This document shows positions 60,744-64,000 of a DNA stretch of 64,000 bases, piece after piece. A program made the translations under genes and the position numbers. Source of the DNA: Pseudomonadota bacterium (GTDB taxonomy: Bacteria; Bdellovibrionota; Bdellovibrionia; Bdellovibrionales; SG-bin7); assembly GCA_034439715.1 (NCBI GenBank), contig JAWXAY010000094.1, positions 47,008-111,007 of the forward strand, in the 5' to 3' direction. Below the pieces are notes generated by a model. That model ran no database searches, was not told where the DNA came from, and saw nothing but the letters and a program-made list of their open reading frames with translations. Each line of letters begins with the position of its first letter. Position 1 is the stretch's first letter.

Positions 60744-61481
60744 ATGAATCTGCAGGCCTGGGGTAAGACCCACAAAGGTCAGAAGCGAAATACCAATCAA
60801 GACGGCATTGTAATTGATGAAGCTCTGGGTTTGTATATTGTGGCTGACGGCATGGGGGGCATGGGTGGACCTCAGGGCGGAGAAGTTGCAAGTAAAATGG
60901 CAGTCGATATTGCGGTAAAAGTTGTGAGAGAGGAAGTGGCAAAAGGCCCGCTTCAATCACCGCGTGACCTCATCAGTAAAATCTACCGAACCTGCAGTGA
61001 AAAAATATTTGAAAAAAGTCTCGAAGAACAAGGGCGCCTGCGCGGTATGGGTACCACGATGGTGGTAGCCTACAGGTTTAATGATGATCTCTACATCGGA
61101 AATGTGGGAGACTCGCGCTGCTATATGTTTTCTTGTCCCTATCTTTGGCAACTGACAGAAGACCACTCGCTAATCAATGAACAGATTCGGGCGGGCCTGA
61201 TTAAGGAATCAGAGCGGCCCACGGCTTATGGTAAGAATTTGATAACTCGAAGCGTTGGTTTTGAACACGCAGTTGAGTGTGATGTCATAGTTAAAAACTT
61301 AAGTCCGGACGAGTTCTTCTTGATGTGTTCTGATGGACTGACTGGCCTTGTTCCCGACGAGCGTATATCTGATATAATGATGAATGTGCCCAGTCATCAA
61401 ATTGCTGAAAGATGTGTGATGGAGGCAAATTGGGCCGGGGGCGACGACAACGTAACAACTCTGATTATTAAGGTGAGTTAA
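60744..61481 (+). CDS. PP2C-type Ser/Thr phosphatase (Stp1/PrpC)
   Basis: NQD, VADGMGG, MGTT, NVGDSR, CSDGL, GGDDNVT. Confidence 0.95.
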   Translation: MNLQAWGKTHKGQKRNTNQDGIVIDEALGLYIVADGMGGMGGPQGGEVASKMAVDIAVKVVREEVAKGPLQSPRDLISKIYRTCSEKIFEKSLEEQGRLRGMGTTMVVAYRFNDDLYIGNVGDSRCYMFSCPYLWQLTEDHSLINEQIRAGLIKESERPTAYGKNLITRSVGFEHAVECDVIVKNLSPDEFFLMCSDGLTGLVPDERISDIMMNVPSHQIAERCVMEANWAGGDDNVTTLIIKVS

Positions 61482-61552
61482 ATGATTGACGCATTAGGAC
61501 GCTTCCCGTATTTTGAAAATAAGTTCTTAGTAAAAAAGGGAAAGGCAAGCCT

Positions 61553-62548
61553 TTGAAAGAGACAGTTACATTTTTGCTTGTGAGTAATAAGAAAGGCAAA
61601 ACAAGAAAGCTAGTTCTACCTGTATCGACTTTAAAAACTTTTTTTGCCTTTTCGATTATTGGGCTTTTTTTACTTGCCACAGGCCTAGTCGACTACTTTG
61701 GCCTATTGGGTCAAGCTATTGAAAACAAAAAGCTTCGTGCGGACAATTCACTACTCAAAAGTCAATTCCAAGTGGTGGATAGTAAAGTGCAAACTCTTGA
61801 GTCCCGGCTAGAAAGAATTAATAATTTTGTAACAAAACTAAAACTAATCACCGACGTTGGTCCCGAACGATCTTTGCAATTGGCAATGGGCCCTGTGCCA
61901 AAACCTGGGCAGCAAATGGACGATTTTAACGAGCCTATGGCTGAGCGAGAGATTGCCTCCACAAACCAAAAAGACGCCGTGTTTTTAAAGGAGCCGCCCC
62001 TTGATTTAGAAAAGGGTGAGATTGCATCAGAACACAACCGAGATTATGCCATGATGTCGATCAGAGTTGATAAAGTTTTTAATGAGTCCAATCTTCGTGA
62101 GCAGGGAGTGTTAGAGCTTTGGGAGTCTCTTTCTGAGCGGCAAAGTTTAATGAATGCAACACCAAGTGTTCGACCCGTGAATGGTTGGTTTACTTCTAAA
62201 TTTGGTTACAGATTATCTCCTTTTTCAGGATTACCAATGATGCATAATGGAGTTGATATTTCAGCGACTCCGGGTTCACCCGTTTACGCACCTGCCGATG
62301 GTGTTGTCAGTTACGTCGGGTTTGATGGCGGTTACGGAAACTTGGTGGCTGTAGATCACGGTTACGGTGTCATTACTCGTTATGGTCACAACTCCCGCGT
62401 GTATGTGACAGTCGGGCAAAAAGTAAAACGGCGAGACATTATTTCAGCCGTTGGAAGCACTGGCCGCTCGACAGGTCCTCACTTGCATTACGAAGTTAGG
62501 GTCAATGGTATTCCCATGGACCCCACGAACTACGTTTTGGATGAGTGA
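61553..62548 (+). CDS. M23 family peptidase with TM and coiled coil
   Basis: HNGVD, YGH, STGPHLHYEV. Confidence 0.93.
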   Translation: MKETVTFLLVSNKKGKTRKLVLPVSTLKTFFAFSIIGLFLLATGLVDYFGLLGQAIENKKLRADNSLLKSQFQVVDSKVQTLESRLERINNFVTKLKLITDVGPERSLQLAMGPVPKPGQQMDDFNEPMAEREIASTNQKDAVFLKEPPLDLEKGEIASEHNRDYAMMSIRVDKVFNESNLREQGVLELWESLSERQSLMNATPSVRPVNGWFTSKFGYRLSPFSGLPMMHNGVDISATPGSPVYAPADGVVSYVGFDGGYGNLVAVDHGYGVITRYGHNSRVYVTVGQKVKRRDIISAVGSTGRSTGPHLHYEVRVNGIPMDPTNYVLDE

Positions 62549-62589
62549 GATTTTCGGCTGATTTCTCTTATTAAATATTAGTTTAGCGG

Positions 62590-62869
62590 ATGTTCAAATA
62601 TATCAGTTTCAATTTAGATAAATGTCTTGTTCAAGCCGTAAAAAGGAACCATGAAAGATTCCCAGCGGACTTCATGTTTCAGCTGACTAATCAAGATTAT
62701 GAGAATATTTGTGAACCTCAGAAAACACATAGCATCTAATAAAGAGCTTTCAGATAAATTAAATCAGATGGAATTGAAATATGATCATCTGTTCAAAGTT
62801 GTTTTCGACGCGATTCGAGAGTTGGTGAATCCTCCGGAGCCACCGCTACGCAATAGAATTGGTATTTAG
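62590..62869 (+). pseudogene. ORF6N-domain protein remnant (truncated, internally deleted, frameshifted)
   Basis: One frame gives VQAVKRNHERFPADFMFQLT, another gives IMRIFVNLRKH...YDHLFKVVFDAIRELVNPP...RIGI. Confidence 0.8.
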
Positions 62870-62971
62870 CCCAAAAGTCATTTTAAAAACGGTCGGAGTT
62901 AGGCCTTTAAAGATTCCTTTCGTAGCTAAACTTTAATCCAGTCGAAGTTAGCAACAGCGAAACACGCTGGC

Positions 62972-62998
62972 TAAATTATTAGTTTACATTGCCGATAT
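62972..62998 (+). promoter_or_regulatory. Sigma28 (FliA)-like promoter
   Basis: TAAA-N15-GCCGATAT. Confidence 0.6.
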
Positions 62999-63593
62999 GG
63001 AGAATGAAAGGGGAACCCAATGTACTATAATTATCTCAAGTTTGCTACTCGTACATATGGCCCTAGCGACGGATACGAATCTAGATACCATAAATTCTGT
63101 CTGTAAAAAATTAAATAAAAGATGTGACGCCGAAGTTCTCCTTCAAAACATGTCTGAACTCGAGAAAATCAGTAGACGTTCAGTAGTAGAAAAAATTAGA
63201 GAAAAATTCATCCCTGCAAGATTTTTATATACCAATATAGAAGGAAAACAGATTTGGGGTCATTTAATTGATGAAGACCGATTAATGCCAATAAAACGAT
63301 TAATGCAAGGCGGAGCGGACCTGGGCGAGGCCCTGTATCTAACGACCTTTTTTAGTATCCCACCTACAGAGGTAGGAGTTACGTTGCGAGATCAACTTAG
63401 GCTCTTCCGATTTCAGTTTAAGACCAAACGCAATAAAACCGACTGTTTGAAAATTCAATTGGCCGAAGTTAAGGACAACATTTGCCGTGCCACTAAGAAT
63501 TGCTCAGTTCCATGTGAGGATATAGATCAGCCAGTGATTCAACAATCTCAAGTGCCTCACGCTCCCAGTACGACTCCTAGCAGTGCTCACTAA
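62997..63593 (+). CDS. Hypothetical secreted protein, possibly frameshifted at the 5' end
   Basis: Signal-like IIISSLLLVHMALA, several Cys; best RBS/ATG (63020) is out of frame. Confidence 0.55.
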   Translation: MENERGTQCTIIISSLLLVHMALATDTNLDTINSVCKKLNKRCDAEVLLQNMSELEKISRRSVVEKIREKFIPARFLYTNIEGKQIWGHLIDEDRLMPIKRLMQGGADLGEALYLTTFFSIPPTEVGVTLRDQLRLFRFQFKTKRNKTDCLKIQLAEVKDNICRATKNCSVPCEDIDQPVIQQSQVPHAPSTTPSSAH

Positions 63594-63793
63594 TAATTGG
63601 CTAAGTAACAATGACCAAAAACCCTGGTTAGGTTGCCGCCGCTTGCCCACCATGCCGCAAAGTAACTGGTCAGCAATTGCCCAATGGCCGGCAAGGTCCG
63701 CCTTTTGGGCGGCTTCGGATCAAATTCCCTCCAATACTAATAAGCCGCTAAAACTCACAGGGCGATGGCATTGCATTAGCGGCGCTAGTCGTT

Positions 63794-64000
63794 ATGCACA
63801 TGCAATCTCTAGCGGAGGTACTACCGCCACTCGCAGCCCCGCCACACTTTGAGTATAAACGGCGCGAGCCCCAGAACACCGTCCTCTACAAAGTGGTCCA
63901 AGATAACCTCAACACATTTCTCAAGATTATTGAACTACGAGATAAACCCTTACCCGCGCACGTGGTAAAAGAGTTCTACGACTTTTTGGACTGCGGGATT
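63794..64000 (+). mobile_element. IS91-family (rolling-circle) transposase, N-terminal part, truncated by window end
   Basis: Translation YKRREPQNTVLYKVVQDNLNTFL...LPAHVVKEFYDFLDCGI matches the N-terminus of IS91/ISCR-type transposase zinc-binding domains; local GC rise from about 63600. Confidence 0.8.

Noticed and set aside
62869..62974. Possible integron attC sites (GTTAGGC, GTTAGC and short hairpins)
   Set aside because: Too short, no proper RYYYAAC/L boxes, and no integrase in the window
63583..63852. 89-aa ORF in the track
   Set aside because: No motifs; overlaps the probable IS end and the transposase start in another frame

Overview
A gene-dense, moderately AT-rich bacterial chromosome segment. 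The gene set suggests a Bdellovibrionota-like predatory bacterium (inference from a TIGR02147/DUF4423 regulator, many orphan secreted proteins, Tad-like pilus genes and sigma28-like promoters). Core genes include tRNA-Phe(GAA), rmuC, cystathionine beta-synthase plus gamma-lyase/synthase, an Mla-type MCE transporter, icd-mdh-sucCD, pdxJ, trxB, trmB, ggt, znuCB-like genes, leuS, speA, AceE-type pyruvate dehydrogenase E1, adenine deaminase, a PP2C phosphatase and an M23 peptidase. Most interesting: (1) a divergent squalene-hopene-cyclase-family enzyme with an apparent signal peptide and altered active-site aromatics, coupled to an unknown exported partner, with no hopanoid genes nearby (29966-32762); (2) an unannotated 28-aa lysine-rich microprotein with its own promoter, RBS and terminator (11846-11932); (3) a type III PKS - membrane protein - UbiG-like methyltransferase operon; (4) an arsS-arsM-glycosyltransferase arsenosugar cluster divergent from adenine deaminase. 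The right end has decayed accessory DNA (ORF6N remnant, possibly frameshifted secreted gene) and the start of an IS91-family transposase. All family assignments are by eye from motifs; no searches were run.
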